From Eledone cirrhosa (Eukaryota), in NCBI GenBank assembly GCA_964016885.1, contig OZ024740.1, positions 138,322,001-138,386,000 on the forward strand: 64,000 nucleotides of DNA, written 5' to 3'. Every line of letters begins with the position of its first letter. Position 1 is the first letter of the stretch. The notes under the pieces are model-generated. The model searched no databases, had not been told where the DNA came from, and worked only from the letters and a program-made list of their open reading frames with translations. Positions 1 to 12,700 of the stretch are shown piece after piece. The position numbers and the translations under genes were made by a program.

Positions 1-499
1 TCTCTCTTTCTCTTATCACTTTTCTCCCAATCTCCAATTCTCTCTGTTTCTTATCACTTTTCTCTCAATCTCCAATTCTCTCTTTCTCTTATCACTTTTC
101 TCTCAATATCCAATTCTCTCTTTCTCTTATGACTTTTCTCTCAATCACCAATTCTCTCTGTCTCTTATCATTTTTCTCTCAATCACCAATTCTCTCTGTC
201 TCTTATCACTTTTCTCTCAATCTCCAAATCTCTCTTTCTCTTATCACTTTTCTCTCAATCTCCAATTCTCTCTTACTCTTATCACTTTTCTCTCAATCTC
301 CAATTCTCTCTTTCTCTCTTCACTTTTCTCTCAATCTCCAATTCTCTCTTTCTCTTATCACTTTTCTCTCAATCTCCAATTCTCTATTTCTCTCATCACT
401 TTTCTCTCAATCTCCAATTCTCTCTTTCTCTTATCACTTTTCTCTCAATCTCCAATTCTCTCTTTCTCTTATCACTTTTCTCTCAATCTCCAATTCTCT

Positions 500-3400
500 C
501 TTTCTCTTGTCACTTTTCTCTCAATCTCCAATTCTCTCTTTCTCTTATCACTTTTCTCTCAATCTCCAATTCTCTCTTTCTCTTATCACTTTTCTCTCAA
601 TCTCCAATTCTCTCTTTCTCTTATCACTTTTCTCTCCATCTCCAATTCTCTCTTTCTCTTATCACTTTTCTCTCAATCTCCAATTCTCCCTTTCTCTTAT
701 CACTTTCCTCTCACTCTCCAATTCTCATTTTTTCTTATCACTTTTCTCTCAATCTCTAATTCTATCTGTTTCTTATCACTTTTCTCTCAATCTCATATTC
801 TCTCTTTCTCTTATTACTTTTTTCTCAATCTCCAATTCTCTCTTTCTCATATCACTTTTCTCTCAATCTCCAATTTTCTCTTTCTCTTATCACATTTCTC
901 TCAATCTCCACTTCTCTCTTTCTCTTATCACTTTTCTCTCAACCTCCCATTCTCTCTTTCTCTTATGACTTTTCTCTCAATCACCAATTCTCTCTGTCTC
1001 ATATCACTTTTATCTCAATCTCCAAATCTCTCTTTCTCTTATCACTTTTCTCTCAATCTCCAATTCTCTCTTTCTCTTATCACTTTTCCCTCAATCTCCA
1101 ATTCTCTCTTCCTCTTATCACTTTTCTCTCAATCACCAATTCTCTATGTCTCTTATCACTTTTCTCTCAATCTCCAATTCTCTCTTTCTCTTATCACTTT
1201 TCTCTCAATCTCCAATTCTCTCTTACTCTTATCACTTTTCTCTCAATCTCCAATTCTCTCTTTCTCTCATCACTTTTCTCTCAATCTCCAATTCTTTCTT
1301 TCTCTTATCACTTTTCTCTCAATCTCCAATTCTCTCTTTCTCTGATCACTTTTCTCTCAATCTCCAATTCTCTCTTTCTCTTATCATTTTTCTCTCAATC
1401 TCACATTCTCTCTTTCTCTTATCACTTTTCTCTCAATCTCCAATTCTCTCTTTCTCTTATCACTTTTCTCTCAATCTCCAATTCTCTCTTTCTCTTATCA
1501 CTTTTCTCTCAATCTCCAATTCTCTCTTTCTCTGATCACTTTTCTCTCAATCTCCAATTCTCTCTTTCTCTTATCACTTTTCTCTCAATCTCCAATTCTC
1601 TCTTTCTCTTATCACCTTTCTCTCAATCTCCAATTCTCTCTCTCTCTTATCACTTTTCTCTCAATCTCCAATTCTCTCTTTCTCTTATCACTTTTCTCTC
1701 AATCTCCAATTCTCTCTTTCTCTTATCACTTTTCTCTCAATCTCCAATTCTCTCTTTAACTTATCACTTTTCTCTCAATATCCAATTCTCTCTTTCTCTT
1801 ATCACTTTTCTCTCAATCTCCAATTCTCTCTTTCTCTTATCACTTTTCTCTCAATCTCCAATTCTCTCTTTCTCTTATCACTTTTCTCTCAATCTCCAAT
1901 TCTCTCTTTCTCTTATCACTTTTCTCTCAATCTCCAATTCTCTCTTTCTCTTATCACTTTTCTCTCAATCTCCAATTCTCTCTTTCTAATATCAGTTTTC
2001 TCTCAATCTCCAATTCTCCCTTTCTCTTATCACTTTTCTCTCAATCTCCAATTCTCTCTTTTTCTTATCACTTTTCTCTCCATCTCTAATTATCTCTGTT
2101 TCTTATCACTTTTCTATCAATCTCCAATTCTCTCTTTCTCTTATCACTTTTCTCTCAATATCCAATTCTCTCTTTCTCTTATCACTTTTCTCTCAATCTC
2201 CAATTCTCTCTTTCTCTTAACACTTTTCTCCCAATCTCCCATTCTCTCTCTCTCATATCACTTTTCTCTCAATCTCCAATTCTCTCTTTCTCTTATCACT
2301 TTTCTCTCAATCTCCAATTCTCTCTTTCTCTTATCACTTTTCTCTCAATCTCCAATTCTCTCTTTCTCTTATCACTTTTCTCTCAATCTCCAATTCTCTC
2401 TTTCTCTTATCACTTTTCTCTCAATCTCCAATTCTCTCTTTCTCTTATCACTTTTCTCTCAATCTCCAATTCTCTCTTACTCTTATCACTTTTCTCTCAA
2501 TCTCCAATTCTCTCTTTCTCTTATCACTTTTCTCTCAATCTCCAATTCTCTCTTACTCTTATCACTTTTCTCTCAATCTCCAATTCTCTCTTTCTCTTAT
2601 CACTTTTCTCTCAATCTCCAATTCTCTTTTTCTCTTATCACTTTTCTCTCAATCTCCAATTCTCTCTTTCTCTTATCACTTTTCTCTCAATCTCCAATTC
2701 TCTTTTTCTCTTATCACTTTTCTCTCAATCTCCAATTCTCTCTTTTTCTTATCACTTTTCTCTCAATCTCCAATTCTCTCTTTCTCTTATCACTTTTCTC
2801 TCAATCTCCAATTCTCTCTTTCTCTTATCACTTTTCTCTCAATCTCCAATTCTCTCTTTCTCTGATCACTTTTCTCTCAATCTCCAATTCTCTCTTTCTC
2901 TTATCACTTTTCGCTCAATCTCCAATTCTCTCTTTCTCTTATCACTTTTCCCCCAATCTCCAATTCTCTCTTTCCCTTATCACTTTTCTCTCAATCTCCA
3001 ATTCTCTCTTTCTCTTATCACTTTTCTCTCAATCTCCAATTCTCTCTTTCTCTTATCACTTTTCTCTCAATCTCCAATTCTCTCTTTCTCTTATCACTTT
3101 TCTCCCAATCTCCAATTCTCTCTGTTTCTTATCACTTTTCTCTCAATCTCCAATTCTCTCTTTCTCTTATCACTTTTCTCTCAATATCCAATTCTCTCTT
3201 TCTCTTATCACTTTTCTCTCAATCTCCAATTCTCTCTTTCTCTTATCACTTTTCTCTCAATCTCCAATTCTCTCTTTCTCTTATCACTTTTCTCTCAATC
3301 TCCAATTCTCCCTTTCTCTTATCACTTTTCTCTCACTCTCCAATTCTCTCTTTTTCTTATCACTTTTCTCTCAATCTCTAATTCTATCTGTTTCTTATCA

Positions 3401-6400
3401 CTTTTCTCTCAATCTCATATTCTCTCTTTCTCTTATCACTTTTCTCTCAATCTCCAATTCTCTCTTTCTCTTATCACTTTTCTCTCAATCTCCAATTCTC
3501 TCTTTCTCCTATCACTTTTCTCTCAATCTCCAATTCTCCCTTTCTCTTATCACTTTTCTCTCAATCTCCAATTCTCTCTTTCTCTTATCACTTTTCTCCC
3601 AATCTCCAATTCTCTCTGTTTCTTATCACTTTTCTCTCAATCTCCAATTCTCTCTTTCTCTTATCACTTTTCTCTCAATATCCAATTCTCTCTTTCTCTT
3701 ATCACTTTTCTCTCAATCTCCAATTCTCTCTTTCTCTTATCACTTTTCTCTCAATCTCCAATTCTCTCTTCTCTGATCACTTTTCTCTCAATCTCCAATT
3801 CTCTCTTTCTCTTATCACTTTTCTCTCAATCTCCAATTCTCTCTTTCTCTTATCACTTTTCTCTCAATCTACAATTCTCTCTTTCTCTTATCACTTTTCT
3901 CTCAATCACCAATTCTCTCTTTCTCTTATCACTTTTCTCTCAATCTCCAATTCTCTCTATCTCTCATCACTTTTATCTCAATCTCCAATTCTCTCTTTCT
4001 CTTATCACTTTTCTCTCAATCTCCAATTCTCTCTTTCTCTTATCACTTTTCTCTCAATCTCCAATTCTCTCTTTCTCTGATCACTTTTCTCTCAATCTCC
4101 AATTCTCTCTTTCTCTTATCACTTTTCTCTCAATCTCCAATTCTCTCTTTCTCTTATCACTTTTCTCTCAATCTCCAATTCTCTCTTTCTCTTATCACTT
4201 TTCTCTCAATCTCCAATTCTCTCTTTCTCTTATCACTTTTCTCTCAATCTCCAATTCTCTCTTTCTCTTATCACTTTTCTCTCAATCTCCAATTCTCTCT
4301 TTCTCTTGTCACTTTTCTCTCAATCTCCAATTCTCTCTTTCTCTTATCACTTTTCTCTCAATCTCCAATTCTCTCTTTCTCTTATCACTTTTCTCTCAAT
4401 CTCCAATTCTCTCTTTCTCTTATCACTTTTCTCTCCATCTCCAATTCTCTCTTTCTCTTATCACTTTTCTCTCAATCTCCAATTTTCCCTTTCTCTTATC
4501 ACTTTCCTCTCACTCTCCAATTCTCATTTTTTCTTATCACTTTTCTCTCAATCTCTAATTCTATCTGTTTCTTATCACTTTTCTCTCAATCTCATATTCT
4601 CCCTTTCTCTTATTACTTTTTTCTCAATCTCCAATTCTCTCTTTCTCATATCACTTTTCTCTCAATCTCCAATTTTCTCTTTCTCTTATCACATTTCTCT
4701 CAATCTCCACTTCTCTCTTTCTCTTATCACTTTTCTCTCAACCTCCCATTCTCTCTTTCTCTTATGACTTTTCTCTCAATCACCAATTCTCTCTGTCTCA
4801 TATCACTTTTCTCTCAATCTCCAAATCTCTCTTTCTCTTATCACTTTTCTCTCAATCTCCAATTTTTCTCTTTCTCTTATCACTTTTCCCTCAATCTCCA
4901 ATTCTCTCTTCCTCTTATCACTTTTCTCTCAATCACCAATTCTCTCTGTCTCTTATCACTTTTCTCTCAATCTCCAATTCTCTCTTTCTCTTATCACTTT
5001 TCTCTCAATCTCCAATTCTCTCTTACTCTTATCACTTTTCTCTCAATCTCCAATTCTCTCTTTCTCTCATCACTTTTCTCTCAATCTCCAATTCTTTCTT
5101 TCTCTTATCACTTTTCTCTCAATCTCCAATTCTCTCTTTCTCTGATCACTTTTCTCTCAATCTCCAATTCTCTCTTTCTCTTATCACTTTTCTCTCAATC
5201 TCCAATTCTCTCTTTCTCTTATCACTTTTCTCTCAATCTCCAATTCTCTCTTTCTCTTATCACTTTTCTCTCAATCTCCAATTCTCTCTTTCTCTTATCA
5301 CTTTTCTCTCAATCTCCAATTCTCTCTTTCTCTGATCACTTTTCTCTCAATCTCCAATTCTCTCTTTCTCTTATCACTTTTCTCTCAATCTCCAATTCTC
5401 TCTTTCTCTTATCACCTTTCTCTCAATCTCCAATTCTCTCTCTCTCTTATCACTTTTCTCTCAATCTCCAATTCTCTCTTTCTCTTATCACTTTTCTCTC
5501 AATCTCCAATTCTCTCTTTCTCTTATCACTTTTCTCTCAATCTCCAATTCTCTCTTTAACTTATCACTTTTCTCTCAATCTCCAATTCTCTCTTTCTCTG
5601 ATCACTTTTCTCTCAATCTCCAATTCTCTCTTTCTCTTATCACTTTTCTCTCAATCTCCAATTCTCTCTTTCTCTTATCACTTTTCTCTCAATCTCCAAT
5701 TCTCTCTTTCTCTTATCACTTTTCTCTCAATCTCCAATTCTCTCTTTCTCTTATCACTTTTCTCTCAATCTCCAATTCTCTCTTTCTCTTATCACTTTTC
5801 TCTCAATCTCCAATTCTCTCTTTCTAATATCAGTTTTCTCTCAATCTCCAATTCTCCCTTTCTCTTATCACTTTTCTCTCAATCTCCAATTCTCTCTTTT
5901 TCTTATCACTTTTCTCTCAATCTCTAATTATCTCTGTTTCTTATCACTTTTCTCTCAATCTCCAATTCTCTCTTTCTCTTATCACTTTTCTCTCAATATC
6001 CAATTCTCTCTTTCTCTTATCACTTTTCTCTCAATCTCCAATTCTCTCTTTCTCTTAACACTTTTCTCCCAATCTCCAATTCTCTCTGTTTCTTATCACT
6101 TTTCTCTCAATCTCCAATTCTCTCTTTCTCTTATCACTTTTCTCTCAATCTCCAATTCTCTCTTTCTCTTATCACTTTTCTCTCAATCTCCAATTCTCTC
6201 TTTCTCTTATCACTTTTCTCTCAATCTCCAATTCTCTCTTTCTCTTATCACTTTTCTCTCAATCTCCAATTCTCTCTTTCTCTTATCACTTTTCTTTCAA
6301 TCTCCAATTCTCTCTTACTCTTATCACTTTTCTCTCAATCTCCAATTCTCTCTTTCTCTCATCACTTTTCTCTCAATCTCCAATTCTCTTTTTCTCTTAT

Positions 6401-7900
6401 CACTTTTCTCTCAATCTCCAATTCTCTCTTTCTCTTATCACTTTTCTCTCAATCTCCAATTCTCTTTTTCTCTTATCACTTTTCTCTCAATCTCCAATTC
6501 TCTCTTTCTCTTATCACTTTTCTCTCAATCTCCAATTCTCTCTTTCTCTTATCACTTTTCTCTCAATCTCCAATTCTCTCTTTCTCTTATCACTTTTCTC
6601 TCAATCTCCAATTCTCTCTTTCTCTGATCACTTTTCTCTCAATCTCCAATTCTCTCTTTCTCTTATCACTTTTCGCTCAATCTCCAATTCTCTCTTTCTC
6701 TTATCACTTTTCCCCCAATCTCCAATTCTCTCTTTCTCTTATCACTTTTCTCTCAATCTCCAATTCTCTCTTTCTCTTATCACTTTTCTCTCAATCTCCA
6801 ATTCTCTCTTTCTCTTATCACTTTTCTCTCAATCTCCAATTCTCTCTTTCTCTTATCACTTTTCTCCCAATCTCCAATTCTCTCTGTTTCTTATCACTTT
6901 TCTCTCAATCTCCAATTCTCTCTTTCTCTTATCACTTTTCTCTCAATATCCAATTCTCTCTTTCTCTTATCACTTTTCTCTCAATCTCCAATTCTCTCTT
7001 TCTCTTATCACTTTTCTCTCAATCTCCAATTCTCCCTTTCTCTTATCACTTTTCTCTCACTCTCCAATTCTCTCTTTTTCTTATCACTTTTCTCTCAATC
7101 TCTAATTCTATCTGTTTCTTATCACTTTTCTCTCAATCTCATATTCTCTCTTTCTCTTATCACTTTTCTCTCAATCTCCAATTCTCTCTTTCTCTTATCA
7201 CTTTTCTCTCAATCTCCAATTCTCTCTTTCTCCTATCACTTTTCTCTCAATCTCCAATTCTCCCTTTCTCTTATCACTTTTCTCTCAATCTCCAATTCTC
7301 TCTTTCTCTTATCACTTTTCTCCCAATCTCCAATTCTCTCTGTTTCTTATCACTTTTCTCTCAATCTCCAATTCTCTCTTTCTCTTATCACTTTTCTCTC
7401 AATATCCAATTCTCTCTTTCTCTTATCACTTTTCTCTCAATCTCCAATTCTCTCTTTCTCTTATCACTTTTCTCTCAATCTCCAATTCTCTCTTCTCTGA
7501 TCACTTTTCTCTCAATCTCCAATTCTCTCTTTCTCTTATCACTTTTCTCTCAATCTCCAATTCTCTCTTTCTCTTATCACTTTTCTCTCAATCTACAATT
7601 CTCTCTTTCTCTTATCACTTTTCTCTCAATCACCAATTCTCTCTTTCTCTTATCACTTTTCTCTCAATCTCCAATTCTCTCTATCTCTCATCACTTTTCT
7701 CTCAATCTCCAATTCTCTCTTTCTCTTATCACTTTTCTCTCAATCTCCAATTCTCTCTTTCTCTTATCACTTTTCTCTCAATCTCCAATTCTCTCTTTCT
7801 CTGATCACTTTTCTCTCAATCTCCAATTCTCTCTTTCTCTTATCACTTTTCTCTCAATCTCCAATTCTCTCTTTCTCTTATCACTTTTCTCTCAATCTCC
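500..7900. repeat. ~3.8-kb (98-101 monomer) tandem block duplication within the satellite
   Basis: Variant landmarks recur in the same order: TTGTCAC 507/4306 (+3799), ATGAC 965/4764 (+3799), CTAATATCAG 1995/5833 (+3838), CGCTCAAT 2913/6675 (+3762), and the 1-bp deletion TTCTCTGATC 3775/7499 (+3724). Confidence 0.85.
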
Positions 7901-9789
7901 AATTCTCTCTTACTCTTATCACTTTTCTCTCAATCTCCAATTCTCTCTTTCTCTCTTCACTTTTCTCTCAATCTCCAATTCTCTCTTTCTCTTATCACTT
8001 TTCTCTCAATCTCCAATTCTCTCTTTCTCTTATCACTTTTCTCTCAATCTCCAATTCTCTCTTTCTCTTATCACTTTTCTCTCAATCTCCAATTCTCTCT
8101 TTCTCTTATCACTTTTCTCTCAATCTCCAATTCTCTCTTTCTCTTATCACTTTTCTCTCAATCTCCAATTCTCTCTTTCTCTGATCACTTTTCTCTCAAT
8201 TTCCAATTCTCTCTTTCTCTTATCACTTTTCTCTCAATCTCCAATTCTCTCTTTCTCTTATCACTTTTCTCTCAATCTCCAATTCTCTCTTTCTCTTATC
8301 ACTTTTCTCTCAATCTCCAATTCTCTCTTTCTCTTATCACTTTTCTCTCAATCTCCAATTCTCTCTTTCTCCTATCACTTTTCTCTCAATCTCCAATTCT
8401 CCCTTTCTCTTATCACTTTTCTCTCAATCTCCAATTCTCTCTTTTTCTTATCACTTTTCTCTCAATCTCTAATTATCTCTGTTTCTTATCACTTTTCTCT
8501 CGATCTCATATTCTCTCTTTCTCTTATTACTTTTCTCTCAATCTCCAATTCTCTCTTTCTCATATCACTTTTCTCTCAATCTCCAATTCTCTCTCCCTGT
8601 TATCACTTTTCCCCCAATCTCCCATTCTCTCTCTCTCATATCACTTTTCTCTCAATCTCCAATTTTCTCTTTCTCTTATCACATTTCTCTCAATCTCCAC
8701 TTCTCTCTTTCTCTTATCACTTTTCTCTCAACCTCCCATTCTCTCTTTCTCTTATGACTTTTCTCTCAATCACCAATTCTCTCTGTCTCTTATCACTTTT
8801 CTCTCAATCACCAATTCTCTCTGTCTCTTATCACTTTTCTCTCAATCTCCAAATCTCTCTTTCTCTTATCACTTTTCTCTCAATCTCCAATTCTCTCTTA
8901 CTCTTATCACTTTTCTCTCAATCTCCAATTCTCTCTTTCTCTCTTCACTTTTCTCTCAATCTCCAATTCTCTCTTTCTCTTATCACTTTTCTCTCAATCT
9001 CCAATTCTCTATTTCTCTTATCACTTTTCTCTCAATCTCCAATTCTCTCTTTCTCTTATCACTTTTCTCTCAATCTCCAATTCTCTCTTTCTCTTATCAC
9101 TTTTCTCTCAATCTCCAATTCTCTCTTTCTCTTGTCACTTTTCTCTCAATCTCCAATTCTCTCTTTCTCTTATCACTTTTCTCTCAATCTCCAATTCTCT
9201 CTTTCTCTTATCACTTTTCTCTCAATCTCCAATTCTCTCTTTCTCTTATCACTTTTCTCTCAATCTCCAATTCTCTCTTTCTCTTATCACTTTTCTCTCA
9301 ATCTCCAATTCTCCCTTTCTCTTATCACTTTTCTCTCACTCTCCAATTCTCTCTTTTTCTTATCACTTTTCTCTCAATCTCTAATTCTATCTGTTTCTTA
9401 TCACTTTTCTCTCAATCTCATATTCTCTCTTTCTCTTATTACTTTTCTCTCAATCTCCAATTCTCTCTTTCTCATATCACTTTTCTCTCAATCTCCAATT
9501 TTCTCTTTCTCTTATCACATTTCTCTCAATCTCCACTTCTCTCTTTCTCTTATCACTTTTCTCTCAACCTCCCATTCTCTCTTTCTCTTATGACTTTTCT
9601 CTCAATCACCAATTCTCTCTGTCTCATATCACTTTTCTCTCAATCTCCAAATCTCTCTTTCTCTTATCACTTTTCTCTCAATCTCCAATTCTCTCTTTCT
9701 CTTATCACTTTTCCCTCAATCTCCAATTCTCTCTTTCTCTTATCACTTTTCTCTCAATCACCAATTCTCTCTGTCTCTTATCACTTTTC

Positions 9790-12700
9790 TCTCAATCTCC
9801 AATTCTCTCTTTCTCTTATCACTTTTCTCTCAATCTCCAATTCTCTCTTACTCTTATCACTTTTCTCTCAATCTCCAATTCTCTCTTTCTCTCATCACTT
9901 TTCTCTCAATCTCCAATTCTCTCTTTCTCTTATCACTTTTCTCTCAATCTCCAATTCTCTCTTTCTCTGATCACTTTTCTCTCAATCTCCAATTCTCTCT
10001 TTCTCTTATCACTTTTCTCTCAATCTCCAATTCTCTCTTTCTCTTATCACTTTTCTCTCAATCTCCAATTCTCTCTTTCTCTTATCACTTTTCTCTCAAT
10101 CTCCAATTCTCTCTTTCTCTTATCACTTTTCTCTCAATCTCCAATTCTCTCTTTCTAATATCAGTTTTCTCTCAATCTCCAATTCTCCCTTTCTCTTATC
10201 ACTTTTCTCTCAATCTCCAATTCTCTCTTTCTCTTAACACTTTTCTCCCAATCTCCAATTCTCTCTGTTTCTTATCACTTTTCTCTCAATCTCCAATTCT
10301 CTCTTTCTCTTATCACTTTTCTCTCAATCTCCAATTCTCTCTTTCTCTGATCACTTTTCTCTCAATCTCCAATTCTCTCTTTCTCTTATCACTTTTCTCT
10401 CAATCTCCAATTCTCTCTTTCTCTTATCACTTTTCTCTCAATCTCCAATTCTCTCTTTCTCTTATCACTTTTCTCTCAATCTCCAATTCTCTCTTACTCT
10501 TATCACTTTTCTCTCAATCTCCAATTCTCTCTTTCTCTCATCACTTTTCTCTCAATCTCAAATTCTCTTTTTCTCTTATCACTTTTCTCTCAATCTCCAA
10601 TTCTCTCTTTCTCTTATCACTTTTCTCTCAATCTCCAATTCTCTTTTTCTCTTATCACTTTTCTCTCAATCTCCAATTCTCTCTTTCTCTTATCACTTTT
10701 CTCTCAATCTCCAATTCTCTCTTTCTCTTATCACTTTTCTCTCAATCTCCAATTCTCTCTTTCTCTTATCACTTTTCTCTCAATCTCCAATTCTCTCTTT
10801 CTCTGATCACTTTTCTCTCAATCTCCAATTCTCTCTTTCTCTTATCACTTTTCGCTCAATCTCCAATTCTCTCTTTCTCTTATCACTTTTCCCCCAATCT
10901 CCAATTCTCTCTTTCTCTTATCACTTTTCTCTCAATCTCCAATTCTCTCTTTCTCTTATCACTTTTCTCTCAATCTCCAATTCTCTCTTTCTCTCATCAC
11001 TTTTCTCTCAATCTCCAATTCTCTCTTTCTCTTATCACTTTTCTCCCAATCTCCAATTCTCTCTGTTTCTTATCACTTTTCTCTCAATCTCCAATTCTCT
11101 CTTTCTCTTATCACTTTTCTCTCAATATCCAATTCTCTCTTTCTCTTATCACTTTTCTCTCAATCTCCAATTCTCTCTTTCTCTTATCACTTTTCTCTCA
11201 ATCTCCAATTCTCCCTTTCTCTTATCACTTTTCTCTCACTCTCCAATTCTCTCTTTTTCTTATCACTTTTCTCTCAATCTCTAATTCTATCTGTTTCTTA
11301 TCACCTTTCTCTCAATCTCATATTCTCTCTTTCTCTTATCACTTTTCTCTCAATCTCCAATTCTCTCTTTCTCTTATCACTTTTCTCTCAATCTCCAATT
11401 CTCTCTTTCTCCTATCACTTTTCTCTCAATCTCCAATTCTCCCTTTCTCTTATCACTTTTCTCTCAATCTCCAATTCTCTCTTTTTCTTATCACTTTTCT
11501 CTCAATATCCAATTCTCTCTTTCTCTTATCACTTTTCTCTCAATCTCCAATTCTCTCTTTCTCTTAACACTTTTCTCCCAATCTCCAATTCTCTCTGTTT
11601 CTTATCACTTTTCTCTCAATCTCCAATTCTCTCTTTCTCTTATCACTTTTCTCTCAATCTCCAATTCTCTCTTTCTCTTATCACTTTTCTCTCAATCTCC
11701 AATTCTCTCTTTCTCTTATCACTTTTCTCTCAATCTCCAATTCTCTCTTTCTGTTATCACTTTTCTCTCAATCACCAATTCTCTCTTTCTCTTATCACTT
11801 TTCTCTCAATCTCCAATTCTCTCTTACTCTTATCACTTTTCTCTCAATCTCCAATTCTCTCTTTCTCTCATCACTTTTCTCTCAATCTCCAATTCACTTT
11901 TTCTCTTATCACTTTTCTCTCAATCTCCAATTCTCTCTTTCTCTTATCACTTTTCTCTCAATCTCCAATTCTCTTTTTCTCTTATCACTTTTCTCTCAAT
12001 CTCCAATTCTCTCTTTCTCTTATCACTTTTCTCTCAATCTCCAATTCTCTCTTTCTCTTATCACTTTTCTCTCAATCTCCAATTCTCTCTTTCTCTTATC
12101 ACTTTTCTCTCAATCTCCAATTCTCTCTTTCTCTGATCACTTTTCTCTCAATTTCCAATTCTCTCTTTCTCTTATCACTTTTCGCTCAATCTCCAATTCT
12201 CTCTTTCTCTTATCACTTTTCCCCCAATCTCCAATTCTCTCTTTCTCTTATCACTTTTCTCTCAATCTCCAATTCTCTCTTTCTCTTATCACTTTTCTCT
12301 CAATCTCCAATTCTCTCTTTCTCTTATCACTTTTCTCTCAATCTCCAATTCTCTCTTTCTCTTATCACTTTTCTCCCAATCTCCAATTCTCTCTGTTTCT
12401 TATCACTTTTCTCTCAATCTCCAATTCTCTCTTTCTCTTATCACTTTTCTCTCAATCTCCAATTCTCTCTTACTCTTATCACTTTTCTCTCAATCTCCAA
12501 TTCTCTCTTTCTCTCATCACTTTTCTCTCAATCTCCAATTCTCTCTTTCTCTTATCACTTTTCTCTCAATCTCCAATTCTCTCTTTCTCTGATCACTTTT
12601 CTCTCAATCTCCAATTCTCTCTTTCTCTTATCACTTTTCTCTCAATCTCCAATTCTCTCTTTCTCTTATCACTTTTCTCTCAATCTCCAATTCTCTCTAT

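Noticed and set aside
1981-1996. CTAAT...CAG resembling a branch point plus 3' splice site
   Set aside because: The branch-like motif is only about 5 nt from the AG, there is no downstream exon or donor-like sequence, and its recurrence is explained by block duplication.
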